Assembly: GCA_965206595.1 (NCBI GenBank)
Contig: OZ242214.1
Coordinates: forward strand, 5,920,001-5,984,000
DNA from: Candidatus Latescibacterota bacterium
Lineage (GTDB): Bacteria > Latescibacterota > UBA2968 > UBA8231
Reading direction: 5' to 3'
Length of the DNA: 64,000 nucleotides
The translations under genes and the position numbers were made by a program. Under the pieces are notes generated by a model, which was not told the DNA's origin, made no database searches, and saw only the letters and a program-made list of their open reading frames with translations. Numbering within the stretch: the stretch's first letter is position 1; each line of letters starts with the position of its first letter. Below, piece after piece: positions 1 to 9,443 of the stretch.

Positions 1-119
1 CGGCATGCCATTGGCTGGGCAGCCCCGGGCCGCGCTTCCGGTTGGATCGAGGGGCTCCGGCGAGTAGGTTATGGGCCCACGGAGCAGCGCGGTTTCGCGC
101 TTTTTCGAAAGGATCAGCG

Positions 120-587
120 ATGACCGACCAGGTGACGGCAGAGGACATTCTCGCAGCAAAGGGAGGCGATCTCCTCAGCGTCTCGGAGGACGCGACCATC
201 GGGGAAGCGCTCGAGGTCATGGTCGGGGGCAAGGTGGGATCCATTCTGGTAAGGGAGGGCAGCCGCATCGTCGGCATCTACACGGAACGGGATCTCATGC
301 GCAACTCCATCGACGCCGGTTTCGACCCGGGGAAGTCGCGCATCGGGGATCACATGAGCCGCGGCCTCAAGTTTGCTCCCCACACCGACACCGCCTACGA
401 GCTGATGGACAAGTTCCTCGGGTTGCGGATCAGGCATCTCCTGATCGACAAGAACGACCAGTTCATCGGGCTGCTGTCGGTCGGGGACGTCATCAAGGCG
501 GCCCTGCAGGCGCGCACCGACGAACTGGAAGAGCTCGAGGCGATCGCCAAGTGGGAGTACTACGAGGAATGGAAGCCCCGCCGTTGA
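120..587 (+). CDS. CBS-domain protein (tandem CBS pair)
   Basis: MTDQVTAEDILAAKGG...GIYTERDL...IRHLLI...GLLSVGDVIK are typical CBS-pair motifs; ATG at 120 follows AAAGGA. Confidence 0.85.
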   Translation: MTDQVTAEDILAAKGGDLLSVSEDATIGEALEVMVGGKVGSILVREGSRIVGIYTERDLMRNSIDAGFDPGKSRIGDHMSRGLKFAPHTDTAYELMDKFLGLRIRHLLIDKNDQFIGLLSVGDVIKAALQARTDELEELEAIAKWEYYEEWKPRR

Positions 588-602
588 GGCCGGGCAGACT
601 TC

Positions 603-1223
603 ATGCCGAGAATTGAGGTCATCCCGGTGGAGCGCGCGACCGGCGCGCTCAAGACCGAGTACGACAAGGCGATCGGCCGCGCCGGGCGGGTGTGGAACAT
701 CGTCGGCGTCATGAGCTGCAATCCCGCGGTCCTGCGGGATTCGATCAAACTCTACGGCAGCGTGATGCACGGGCCGTCGCCGCTGACCCGCAGGCAGCGG
801 GAGATGCTGGCCGTCGTCGTCTCGGCGCGCAATCACTGTGTCTACTGAACCCGCTCCCACGCCCACGATCTCCGGGAAGAGATCGCAGCGTCCGATGACA
901 TGAGCGCCGCCGAAGCGGACGCCTTCGTTCACGCGATTGCGCGCGACTGGCGAAGCGCCGGGCTCGGCACGCAGGATCGCGAGCTGTGCGGGTTCGCCGA
1001 GCGCCTCACCGACGATTCGGAAGGGGTGGACGATGGGGGCATAGCCGCCCTGCGCCGCTGCGGCCTCGACGACCGCGCCATCCACGATGCGACGCAGGTA
1101 GTGGCGTATTTCAACTACATCAACCGCGTCGCCTCCGCCCTCGGGGTGGAGCAGGAGACCTTCGCGCGCGCCTGGGAGCAGGCGGATGCCGGGAGCGGCT
1201 CGGACGGAGAGGGAAGCGCGTGA
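603..1223 (+). CDS. AhpD/carboxymuconolactone decarboxylase-like peroxidase, probable selenoprotein (UGA 846-848 read as Sec)
   Basis: ORFs 603-848 and 900-1223 are in one frame with no other stop; read-through gives REMLAVVVSARNHCVY-U-TRSHAHDL, matching AhpD NxCxYCxxxH; C-terminal part has the AhpD tail (VVAYFNYINRVASALGV). Confidence 0.85.
849..890 (+). promoter_or_regulatory. Putative bacterial SECIS hairpin
   Basis: Perfect stem CGATCTC (866-872)/GAGATCG (879-885), loop CGGGAA with G at loop position 2, 24 nt after the UGA; lower CGC/GCG pairing possible. Confidence 0.7.
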
Positions 1224-1969
1224 GCTGGTCGCAAGAGGAGCTCCGGTCCTACCGGGACCGCGGCTACGCCCTGTGCCGCGGCCTTCTGTCTTCTGCTGAG
1301 GTGACGAATCTGCGGGAAGCGCTGCCGCGGCTGCTGAATGGCGAAGGGGACGGCATGCACCGCGAGCGGGAGCGCGGCGGTGCGGTGCGGCAGGTCTACC
1401 TCGCACACCGCCATGTCGGTGCGTTCTCCGAGGTTGTCCGCCACTCCGCGATTCTCGAACCGGTGAAACAGATCGTCGTCGGCGACGTGTACGTCTGGCA
1501 CAGCAAGCTCAACGTCAAGGAGGCGTTCGAGGGCACCGTATGGCTGTGGCACCAGGACTACGGCTACTGGATGTGGGACGGCGTCGATCCCCGCCTGGTG
1601 TCGGCGATGGTCATCCTCGACAGGTCAACGGCGAACAACGGCTGCATGATGGTGGTCGCCGGCTCTCACAAGTGGGGCCGCCAGGAGCATTTCGCCGACG
1701 AGGAGACGACGAGCTACAAGCAGTGGTGCATCGATACCGAAACCCTCAAGACCAAGCTGCGCGAGGAGCAAATCCAGCAGATCACCGGCGAACCGGGAGA
1801 CGTGCTGTTCTTCGACTGCAATCTCGTGCACGGCTCCGGGCACAACATGTCCCCCCTTCCGCGCAAGGTATTCATCATCGCCTACAACTCCGTCGACAAC
1901 AGGCCGCGGCCGGTGGAGAACCCGCGGCCCGACTGGGTGGTGTCGCGCACGTACGACCCTGTTGGATAG
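1220..1969 (+). CDS. Phytanoyl-CoA dioxygenase (PhyH) family Fe(II)/2OG oxygenase
   Basis: WHQDYGYW HxD motif, GDVLFFDCNLVHGSGHN distal His; GTG overlaps upstream stop (GTGA). Confidence 0.85.
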   Translation: MSWSQEELRSYRDRGYALCRGLLSSAEVTNLREALPRLLNGEGDGMHRERERGGAVRQVYLAHRHVGAFSEVVRHSAILEPVKQIVVGDVYVWHSKLNVKEAFEGTVWLWHQDYGYWMWDGVDPRLVSAMVILDRSTANNGCMMVVAGSHKWGRQEHFADEETTSYKQWCIDTETLKTKLREEQIQQITGEPGDVLFFDCNLVHGSGHNMSPLPRKVFIIAYNSVDNRPRPVENPRPDWVVSRTYDPVG

Positions 1970-2120
1970 GGCGGCGTCGAGAAAAGGGCAGGCCGATTCG
2001 AGGTGAGGCGGCCGCAGGGCAACCGGGAGATCCCGGAATGAGCCCTGTCCGGGCGCGGCAACCTGCGGTTTCTCCGTTCTCGAAATTCCCGATTCAGTTG
2101 ATGAAAATGGGGGCACCGAA

Positions 2121-3206
2121 ATGACGGCGTCGGGCGACTGGTCCCGGCTCGCTTCCTTCGACGTGGTGCGGCTCAACTCCGAGCTGTTCCCGGTGGGCGG
2201 CCTCGAGGCGGATCTCTACGAGCGCTTCGGGCTGCGGCCCCGGGAGGTCGAAGCCAACACCCCCGAGACGATCATCCCGCACGTAGCGGAATGCGACGCC
2301 CTGTTCGCCGTGTCGGTCGCCCTTCCCCGCGAAGTGATCGACAGCCTGCGAAACTGCCGGCTGATATCCCGCCTCGGCACCGGCACCGACAAGATCGACG
2401 TCGCCCGCGCCACCGAGCGCGGCATCGTCGTCTCCAACGTTCCGGAGTTCGGGGTCGAGGACATGGCCGACCACACCATGGCGATGGTCCTGTCGCTGCA
2501 GCGGCGGCTGCCCTGGATGCACCGCCGGATGCTGCGGGGAGAATTTTTTGCCGCCCGCAGCGAGACCCTGACCATTCGGCGGCCGGGGGAGTGCGTGCTC
2601 GGCCTGGTCGGGTTCGGGGCCAGCGCCAGGGCGGTGGTGGCGCGGGCGCTGCCGTTCGGATTCCGCCTGCTGGCGACGCGCCGGAACATGCAGGCGCCGA
2701 CGGACGAGGCGGACCGGCTGCAGGTGCGGATGGTCGATCTTCCGACACTGCTGCGGGAGTCGGATTACGTGTCGCTCCATCTGCCGCTCGATGCCGGCTC
2801 CTACCACCTCCTCAACGAGGCGGCCATCGCCCTGATGAAGCCGGGGGCCTTCCTCGTAAACACCTCGCGGGGGGCGATCGTCGACGAGCGGGCGCTCGCC
2901 GCGGCCCTGCGTGAGGGCCGCCTGGCAGGGGCAGGGATCGACACCTTCGAGGGGGTTGAAATTTTCACCCCTGACGAGCGCCCCCCCGACCACCCGCTCG
3001 TCGGGCTCGACAACGTCATCCTGAGCCCGCACGTCTCCGGTCTGTCGCGGGCAGCGGAGCGCACCTGCGCGAACAGCGGCGTGCGCAATCTCGTCTGCGC
3101 GCTGAGCGGCTGTCTTCCCCCCGCCGGCAACATCGTCAACCGGTCGGTGGTTCCCCGGGTGCCGCTGGCCCCGTACGATCCGGGCCTGTTCGACCATGTC
3201 TGGTGA
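2121..3206 (+). CDS. D-isomer-specific 2-hydroxyacid dehydrogenase
   Basis: GTGTDKID, LGLVGFG, SDYVSLHLPL, FLVNTSRG, VILSPH motifs. Confidence 0.85.
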   Translation: MTASGDWSRLASFDVVRLNSELFPVGGLEADLYERFGLRPREVEANTPETIIPHVAECDALFAVSVALPREVIDSLRNCRLISRLGTGTDKIDVARATERGIVVSNVPEFGVEDMADHTMAMVLSLQRRLPWMHRRMLRGEFFAARSETLTIRRPGECVLGLVGFGASARAVVARALPFGFRLLATRRNMQAPTDEADRLQVRMVDLPTLLRESDYVSLHLPLDAGSYHLLNEAAIALMKPGAFLVNTSRGAIVDERALAAALREGRLAGAGIDTFEGVEIFTPDERPPDHPLVGLDNVILSPHVSGLSRAAERTCANSGVRNLVCALSGCLPPAGNIVNRSVVPRVPLAPYDPGLFDHVW

Positions 3207-3512
3207 CCTCCCGGGGATTCCCCGGAATTCATCCACAGGCATACTGTCGCCCGATCCCGCGCCTTGCGAGCCGGGCGCTTCTGCGCCCCCCTTCGAACGC
3301 TTGCCTGCTGCGCAGGCCCAGTGCGTTGACGCGCGGCTTTCCCGGGATTCACTCGCGAGACATCCGACCAGCGGGGTCGCGCCCGGTTGCCCTGCGCTTG
3401 CGATGCTTCCGTCTGTTTCGGGGAAGGCACCCCTGCCCCCGGGTCTTCTTGCCGCCATGCAGGCCGGGGGATAAGTTCACCCGCTCGCAAACAGGGGGCT
3501 GGGAACGCGCAG

Positions 3513-4322
3513 ATGACCGCATCGCTTTTTGATCTCGAGGGAATGGTGGCCGCCGTGTCGGGCGGGGCCCGGGGCCTGGGACGGGCAATGGCCCTCGCCC
3601 TGGCCGGCGCGGGCGCCGACGTCGTGATCGCCGACATCGACGCCGCCGCGGCTGCCGAAACCGCCGGCGAAATCGAGAGCATGGGCCGCCGCGGCGCCGC
3701 GGTCGACTGCGACATCTCCCGCCCGGAGCAGATAGACACCTGGTTCGAGCGGATCGACGCCTTCGGAGGGATCGACTTCCTCGGCAACGTCGCCGGCGCC
3801 GGTCTGCTCAAGGCCCCGGAGGAGCTGTCGCTCGAAGAGGTCCGAAAGGTGCTCGACGAGCTGGTCGCCTGCCGTTTCTACTGCTGCCAGCAGGCGGGGC
3901 GGCGCATGCTGGCGGCCGGCAGGGGCAGCATCGTCAACATCGGCTCGCTGGCGAGCGTCACCGCCCTCGGCCGCGGGCACATCTCCTACAGCATGGCGAT
4001 GGGGGGCGTGGTGCAGATGACGAGGGAGCTGAGCACGGAATGGGCGGCGCGCGGGGTGCGCGTCAACGCCATCCTGCCGGCCCAGGTGCTCAACCCCGGG
4101 CTCCAGGAGCGCATGGAAAAGGTACCGGAGCTCAAGGCCACCTATCTCGGCGGCATCCCGAGGGCCCGCTTCGGACACCCGGACGACATCCGCGGGCTGG
4201 CGGTGTTTCTCGCTTCGGACTCCTCCGCATGGATCACCGGGGCGCTGATCCCGATGGACGGGGGCAACCTGGCGATGAACGCCGGCGGCAGTTATCCCGG
4301 CGGCCCGCGGGCGAGCGGATAA
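3513..4322 (+). CDS. SDR family oxidoreductase
   Basis: SGGARGLG, GSIVNIGS, VRVNAILP, WITGALIPMDGG; catalytic motif reads YSMAM rather than YxxxK. Confidence 0.85.
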   Translation: MTASLFDLEGMVAAVSGGARGLGRAMALALAGAGADVVIADIDAAAAAETAGEIESMGRRGAAVDCDISRPEQIDTWFERIDAFGGIDFLGNVAGAGLLKAPEELSLEEVRKVLDELVACRFYCCQQAGRRMLAAGRGSIVNIGSLASVTALGRGHISYSMAMGGVVQMTRELSTEWAARGVRVNAILPAQVLNPGLQERMEKVPELKATYLGGIPRARFGHPDDIRGLAVFLASDSSAWITGALIPMDGGNLAMNAGGSYPGGPRASG

Positions 4323-4348
4323 GGCCGCGGCGCAACCGGACACAAGAC

Positions 4349-5326
4349 TTGCAACTCTCGAAGAAAACCGCGCTGGGGCTCTACCGGCAGATGCTGGCGA
4401 TCCGCCGCACCGAGGAGCAGCACGCCCGCTCCTACGCCTCAGGGCTCATCCTCGGCGCCTGCCACACCTACATCGGCGAGGAAGCGGTGGCGGCCGGTGT
4501 CTGCGCCCACCTGCGGGACGACGACGCCGTCTTCAGCACGCACCGCGGCCACGGCCACGCCCTGGCCAAGGGGGTGCCGATCCGCGAGGTGATCGCCGAG
4601 CTGTTCGGCAAGGTCACCGGCTGTTCCCAGGGCCGCGGCGGCAGCATGCACCTGTTCTCTCCCGAGGTCGGCATGATGGGGACGAGCGGCATTGTCGGGC
4701 CCTGCATTCTGCAGGCCGCGGGCGCCGCCTACTCCTTCAAGCTTCTGGATACCGACCGCATCGGCGTCGCCTTCTTCGGGGACGGGGCCGTCAGCAACGG
4801 CGCCTTTCACGAAGGGCTGACGATGGCGGCCAGGTGGGAGCTGCCTGCCCTGTTCGTGTGCGAGAACAACCTCTTCGCCACCGAGATCGCCTTTTCCACG
4901 GCGACGAGCAATCCCGAAGTCGCCAACCGCGCCGAGGCGTACGGGTTGCCCGGGGTCGCCCTCGACGGAAACGACGCCGCCGCGGTGTACGAAGTCGCCC
5001 GGGAAGCGGTTGCCCGAGCCCGCGGCGGCGGCGGCCCCACCCTGATCGAGTGCAGGACCTACCGAACCCGGCCCCACTCCGAGGGCATGAGGGACACCGG
5101 CTACCGCACCCAGGAAGAGATCGATTCCTGGAAGAGGCGCGACCCGATTCGGGCGCTGCGTGAAAGGATCCTGGCGGCGAATCTCGCCGCGAAGGTGGAG
5201 CTCGATGCCATCGACGCCGGCATCGAGGCGGAAGTGAAGGAAGCGGCGAAGTATGCCGAAGAGTCCCCCTGGCCCGACCCGGCCACCATCTCCGACCACA
5301 TCTACAGCGGTACCCGCAATGCGTGA
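4349..5326 (+). CDS. TPP-dependent dehydrogenase E1 alpha subunit (acetoin/pyruvate type)
   Basis: STHRGHGH, GRGGSMH, FFGDGA...CENN TPP-binding motif; TTG start inferred. Confidence 0.9.
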   Translation: MQLSKKTALGLYRQMLAIRRTEEQHARSYASGLILGACHTYIGEEAVAAGVCAHLRDDDAVFSTHRGHGHALAKGVPIREVIAELFGKVTGCSQGRGGSMHLFSPEVGMMGTSGIVGPCILQAAGAAYSFKLLDTDRIGVAFFGDGAVSNGAFHEGLTMAARWELPALFVCENNLFATEIAFSTATSNPEVANRAEAYGLPGVALDGNDAAAVYEVAREAVARARGGGGPTLIECRTYRTRPHSEGMRDTGYRTQEEIDSWKRRDPIRALRERILAANLAAKVELDAIDAGIEAEVKEAAKYAEESPWPDPATISDHIYSGTRNA

Positions 5327-6296
5327 GCTCACCTACACGGAAGCGGCCCGCGAAGGCCTGAGCGAGGAGATGGCCGCCGACCCGACGGTCTTCGTGGTCG
5401 GCCAGGGGATCGGTCCTCGGGGCGGCAACTTCAACACCACCACCAGCCTGCACGAGATCTACGGCGACATGCGGCTGCGCGACACGGGGATCACCGAGCG
5501 CGGGTTCACCGGCCTGTGCACGGGGGCCGCGATGACCGGTTCGCGTCCGGTCGTCGACTACATGTTTCACGACTTCGCCCTCGACGCCCTCGGCGAGATC
5601 GTCAACCAGATCCCCAAGATCCAGTACATGAGCAGTGGCCGTCTGCGTATGCCGATCGTGCTGCGCGGCTGCATCGGCGTCGGCGGGGCCGCGGCGACCC
5701 ATCACTCCGGCAGCTACTATCCGCTGTTCGCGCACCTGCCCGGCTTCCGGGTCTGCCTGCCGAGCACGCCGTACGACGTCAAGGGGCTGCTTAAGACGTC
5801 GATCCGCAGCGACGATCCGGTAATCTTCATGGAGCACAAGTCGCTGCTCAACACCCGCGGTCCGGTTCCCGAAGAGGAGTACACCATCCCCTTCGGCGAG
5901 GCGTCGATCCGCCGCCGGGGGGAACACGCCACCGTCGTCGCCCTGACCACCATGGTGGGGCGCACCCTCGAGGTCGCCGCCGGGCTCGAGGCCGAGGGGA
6001 TCTCCCTCGAGGTCATCGATCCCCGCACCGTCGCCCCGCTCGACATCGACGCCGTGCTCGAGTCGGTGCACAAGACCGGACGTCTGCTCGTGGTCGACGA
6101 GACCTGGGCCCCTTGCGGCATAGGGGCGGAGATCGCCGCACAGGTGATCGACCGCGGCTTCGACGATCTCGACGCGCCGATCCGGCGCCTGAATGGAGCC
6201 CACACCAACATCCCCTACAGCGCCCCGCTCGAGGCGGCCGTCGTGCCGCAGAAGGGGGACATCCGCGACGCTGTCCGGGAGCTGGTCGCCGAGTAG
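5319..6296 (+). CDS. TPP-dependent dehydrogenase E1 beta subunit
   Basis: RDTGITERGF, DPVIFMEHK, EVIDPRTVAPLD, DLDAPIRRL; overlaps E1 alpha stop. Confidence 0.9.
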   Translation: MRELTYTEAAREGLSEEMAADPTVFVVGQGIGPRGGNFNTTTSLHEIYGDMRLRDTGITERGFTGLCTGAAMTGSRPVVDYMFHDFALDALGEIVNQIPKIQYMSSGRLRMPIVLRGCIGVGGAAATHHSGSYYPLFAHLPGFRVCLPSTPYDVKGLLKTSIRSDDPVIFMEHKSLLNTRGPVPEEEYTIPFGEASIRRRGEHATVVALTTMVGRTLEVAAGLEAEGISLEVIDPRTVAPLDIDAVLESVHKTGRLLVVDETWAPCGIGAEIAAQVIDRGFDDLDAPIRRLNGAHTNIPYSAPLEAAVVPQKGDIRDAVRELVAE

Positions 6297-6304
6297 GAGC
6301 AGCA

Positions 6305-7399
6305 GTGGCGGTCGACGTCGTCATGCCCCGCCTCGGGTGGACCATGGAGGAGGGCACCCTGGTGGAGTGGACGAGGAAGGACGGCGACGCGATCGCCGCG
6401 GGCGAGGTGATCATGCTGGTCGAGAGCGACAAGGCGGTCACCGAGGTAGAGTCGTTCGATGACGGCATCCTGCGCATTCCCCCTGACTCGCCCCCCCCGG
6501 GAACCACGGTGCCGATCGGTACCGTGCTCGCCTTCATCCTGCAGCCGGGCGAGGAGATGCCGGAGTCTCCGACCGGGAGCGCGCCTGAAGCCACGGCCTC
6601 GGAGTTGCCCGGACCGGTTCCGGCGGCTGCACCGGAAACCGCGCTGGCCGTCTCTCCGGTCCCGGTCCCGGTTCCGGCGCAGGCACAGGCTCCCCCGCCC
6701 CGCGGGCGCCGCGGGTCGGCGATTTCCCCGCGCGCCCGTAGGGTTGCGGTCGAGCTTGGTATCGACTGGCAGCGCCTGCGCGGCAGCGGCCGCAGCGGCC
6801 GTATTGTCGAACGCGACGTGCGCGCCGCCGCGAAAACCGCATCCGCGGTACCTGCCGCAGCGGCCGCCTCTCAGGCCGCAGAGGTGGATATGACGGCGTT
6901 CGTCAGCCACTGCGACCGGCTGGCGGAGCTGATGAAGCGGACCCCTGTCGTGCCGGGAATGTTCGACTTGGTTCTGCGCTCTGTTGGACAGGCCTTGGCA
7001 GAGGTGCCGTCCCTGTCGGGGGCGGACTCCGGTGTCCGCGTTCAGCGCGACGACTCCGCAGCGGTTCTCAAGAGCTTTCAGTCGCTCTCCGTTCTCGATA
7101 TCGGCCGGGCCATGGCTGGGGACGAAACCGCTGGCCGCGGGGCAGTCGCGGCTTCGACTCCGTTCAACGTCATTGCCCTCGAGGGTGTCGATGCGCTGGC
7201 TCCCGGGCTGCCCCCCGGCGCCGTTGGCGTGCTGGGACTGGGTTCGGTGCGGGAGAGAGAGGGCGCCGCCGGGACGAGGAAGTCCCTGAACCTGCAGTTG
7301 ACCTACGACCTCTCGGCGGTGACGGACGCCGAGGCGCAGCAGTTCATGGGGGCGTTGCGGTCGTACCTCGAAGACCCCTTCACCTGGCTCTCCTGGTGA
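6305..7399 (+). CDS. E2-like protein: lipoyl domain, E1/E3-binding domain, degenerate acyltransferase domain
   Basis: MPRLGWTMEEG, VESDKA lipoyl Lys, ISPRARR...GSGRSGRIVERDV; C-terminus LTYDLSAVTDA instead of DHRxxDG. Confidence 0.8.
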   Translation: MAVDVVMPRLGWTMEEGTLVEWTRKDGDAIAAGEVIMLVESDKAVTEVESFDDGILRIPPDSPPPGTTVPIGTVLAFILQPGEEMPESPTGSAPEATASELPGPVPAAAPETALAVSPVPVPVPAQAQAPPPRGRRGSAISPRARRVAVELGIDWQRLRGSGRSGRIVERDVRAAAKTASAVPAAAAASQAAEVDMTAFVSHCDRLAELMKRTPVVPGMFDLVLRSVGQALAEVPSLSGADSGVRVQRDDSAAVLKSFQSLSVLDIGRAMAGDETAGRGAVAASTPFNVIALEGVDALAPGLPPGAVGVLGLGSVREREGAAGTRKSLNLQLTYDLSAVTDAEAQQFMGALRSYLEDPFTWLSW

Positions 7400-7511
7400 T
7401 CTGAGCCGGGTGTTTCCTGGAATGATGGCGGCGATCGATCCGGGACAAGATGAGAATGGCGGCATGAGCGGCGCCGGGCGCTAAGAGGTGTTGCCGAGAC
7501 AGGAGAACGGA

Positions 7512-8252
7512 ATGAAGCTGGCGGGCAAGATTGTAGTTACGACCGGAGGCGCCACAGGCATCGGGGGGGCAACCGCGGAACTGGGCGCGGCCGAGGGCGC
7601 CGTGTCGATCATCCTCGACTACAACCGGAACCAAGGCCGCGTCGCCCTCGAGCGCATCGAGAAAGCCGGGGGCAGGGGCGACTTCCACGAGGTCGACGTT
7701 CGCAGCGAGGAGCAGGTCGCCGGGGTGTTCGCGAAGATCGCCGCGGCCCATGGCCGGATCGACGTGCTGATCTGCAGCGCCGGGGTTCTAACCGGGGCTC
7801 ACCAGGGAATTACGGAGCTGGCCGAAGAGGATTGGGACACCACCATCGACACCAACCTGAAGGGGACGTACCTGACAGGAAAGCACGCGGCGCCCCTGCT
7901 CAGGGCTTCCCCGTCTTCGGTGCTGTTGCTGATATCCTCGGGCGCCGGGGTGAGCGGCGGCAGCTCGTCGTACGCCTACGCGGCGAGCAAGGGGGGGATG
8001 CACGGGATGCAGTACAACTTCGGCAACGAGCTGCCCGGTACCCGGGTTCACGTCGTCTGCCCCGGCAGCATCGCCACGCCGCTCAAGCTGAAGAACATCG
8101 GGCAGGCGGCCGTAAAACGGGGGGAGGACCCCGAAGCCGCCAAGGAAGCGGCGAAGAAAACCCTGGGCGACCCGATGGGGATAGCCCGCGTTCTCGCTTT
8201 CCTCGCCTCGGACGACGCCGACTACATCAGGGGTGTGATCAGGACCCGGTAA
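7512..8252 (+). CDS. SDR family oxidoreductase
   Basis: TGGATGIG, YAASK catalytic motif, AGGAG RBS. Confidence 0.9.
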   Translation: MKLAGKIVVTTGGATGIGGATAELGAAEGAVSIILDYNRNQGRVALERIEKAGGRGDFHEVDVRSEEQVAGVFAKIAAAHGRIDVLICSAGVLTGAHQGITELAEEDWDTTIDTNLKGTYLTGKHAAPLLRASPSSVLLLISSGAGVSGGSSSYAYAASKGGMHGMQYNFGNELPGTRVHVVCPGSIATPLKLKNIGQAAVKRGEDPEAAKEAAKKTLGDPMGIARVLAFLASDDADYIRGVIRTR

Positions 8253-8273
8253 ACTTGGAGTGTCTGTGCGCTA

Positions 8274-9440
8274 GTGTCATGTCGTGTAATTAACTGTACA
8301 AACAATTGAAAGTGCCGTAGGTTTCCCTTATCCCCCTTCTGAAAGGAGAGACCTATGGTGACGGGGCGTCCATTAACGCCGTTAGAGCTGAGTCCGTCGG
8401 ACCGGGAACGACTGGAATCGATGGCCAAATCACGAAGTCTTCCCCACGGATTGGTGCGGCGAGCCGAGATGGTGCTGCTGGCCGCCGATGGCTGGCCCAA
8501 TGAAGCGGTCGCTTCCGCGGTGGGTGTGACGCGAGCTACGGTGGGCAAATGGCGCCGGCGTTTTCTCGACAACGGACTCAATGGCTTGTATGATGAACTA
8601 CGTTCAGGGGCGCCGCGATCGATCACGGACGAGCAGGTAGCCGAGGTGGTATACAAGACCCTGAAGACCAAGCCCAAAGACGAAACACAGTGGTCGGTGC
8701 GCTCCATGGGCGAAGAAACCGGCCTGACCAAGGACGCGGTTCATCGCATTTGGCGCACGTATGGTTTGCAGCCCCATCGACACAAGCGCTTCAAGCTTTC
8801 CACCGATCCTTTCTTTGTCGACAAAGTACGGGATATCGTCGGCTTGTACCTGAATCCCCCCGAGCACGCCTTGGTGCTGTGCGTGGACGAGAAGAGCCAG
8901 ATCCAGGCGTTGGAACGAAGTCAGCCCATGCTGCCCCTGGGACTGGGATACGTGGAAGGGATTACGCACGACTACAAGCGGCACGGCACCACCACCCTGT
9001 TTGCCGCCCTGGACATCGCCACCGGGGAAGTGATGACCCAGTGCAAGCCCCGTCATCGTCACCAGGAGTTCCTCCAGTTCCTGCGCCACATCGAGGCCAA
9101 CGTGCCCGCTGACCTCGATATTCATCTCGTCGTCGACAACTACGCCACGCATAAGCATGCCAAGGTCAAGCGATGGCTGGCACGGCGTCCCCGATTTCAC
9201 CTTCACTACACTCCCACGTATGCTTCGTGGCTCAATCAGGTGGAGATCTGGTTCAATATCCTCACCCGCCAGGCGGTTCGGCGCGATTCGTTCCGCAAGG
9301 TGTCGGAGCTCATCGAGCGAATCGAACGCTACACGGCCAAATGGAACGCCAACGCACACCCTTTCGTCTGGACGGCTACGGCGGATTCCATCCTCGCCAA
9401 AATCAAGAGACTTTGTGAACGAATCTCTGCGACAGGACAC
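8274..9440 (+). mobile_element. IS630-family insertion sequence, intact
   Basis: Imperfect TIRs GTGTCATGTCG / CGACAGGACAC; TA duplicated (8272-8273, 9441-9442) within CTAG at both ends. Confidence 0.9.
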
Positions 9441-9443
9441 TAG
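8355..9443 (+). CDS. IS630-family transposase
   Basis: HTH N-terminus; [37 protein letters not shown] motifs. Confidence 0.95.
   Translation: MVTGRPLTPLELSPSDRERLESMAKSRSLPHGLVRRAEMVLLAADGWPNEAVASAVGVTRATVGKWRRRFLDNGLNGLYDELRSGAPRSITDEQVAEVVYKTLKTKPKDETQWSVRSMGEETGLTKDAVHRIWRTYGLQPHRHKRFKLSTDPFFVDKVRDIVGLYLNPPEHALVLCVDEKSQIQALERSQPMLPLGLGYVEGITHDYKRHGTTTLFAALDIATGEVMTQCKPRHRHQEFLQFLRHIEANVPADLDIHLVVDNYATHKHAKVKRWLARRPRFHLHYTPTYASWLNQVEIWFNILTRQAVRRDSFRKVSELIERIERYTAKWNANAHPFVWTATADSILAKIKRLCERISATGH

Noticed and set aside
1220-1969. Ectoine hydroxylase EctD call
   Set aside because: Motif is WHQDYGYW rather than the EctD WHSDFETWH signature, and no ect genes are nearby.
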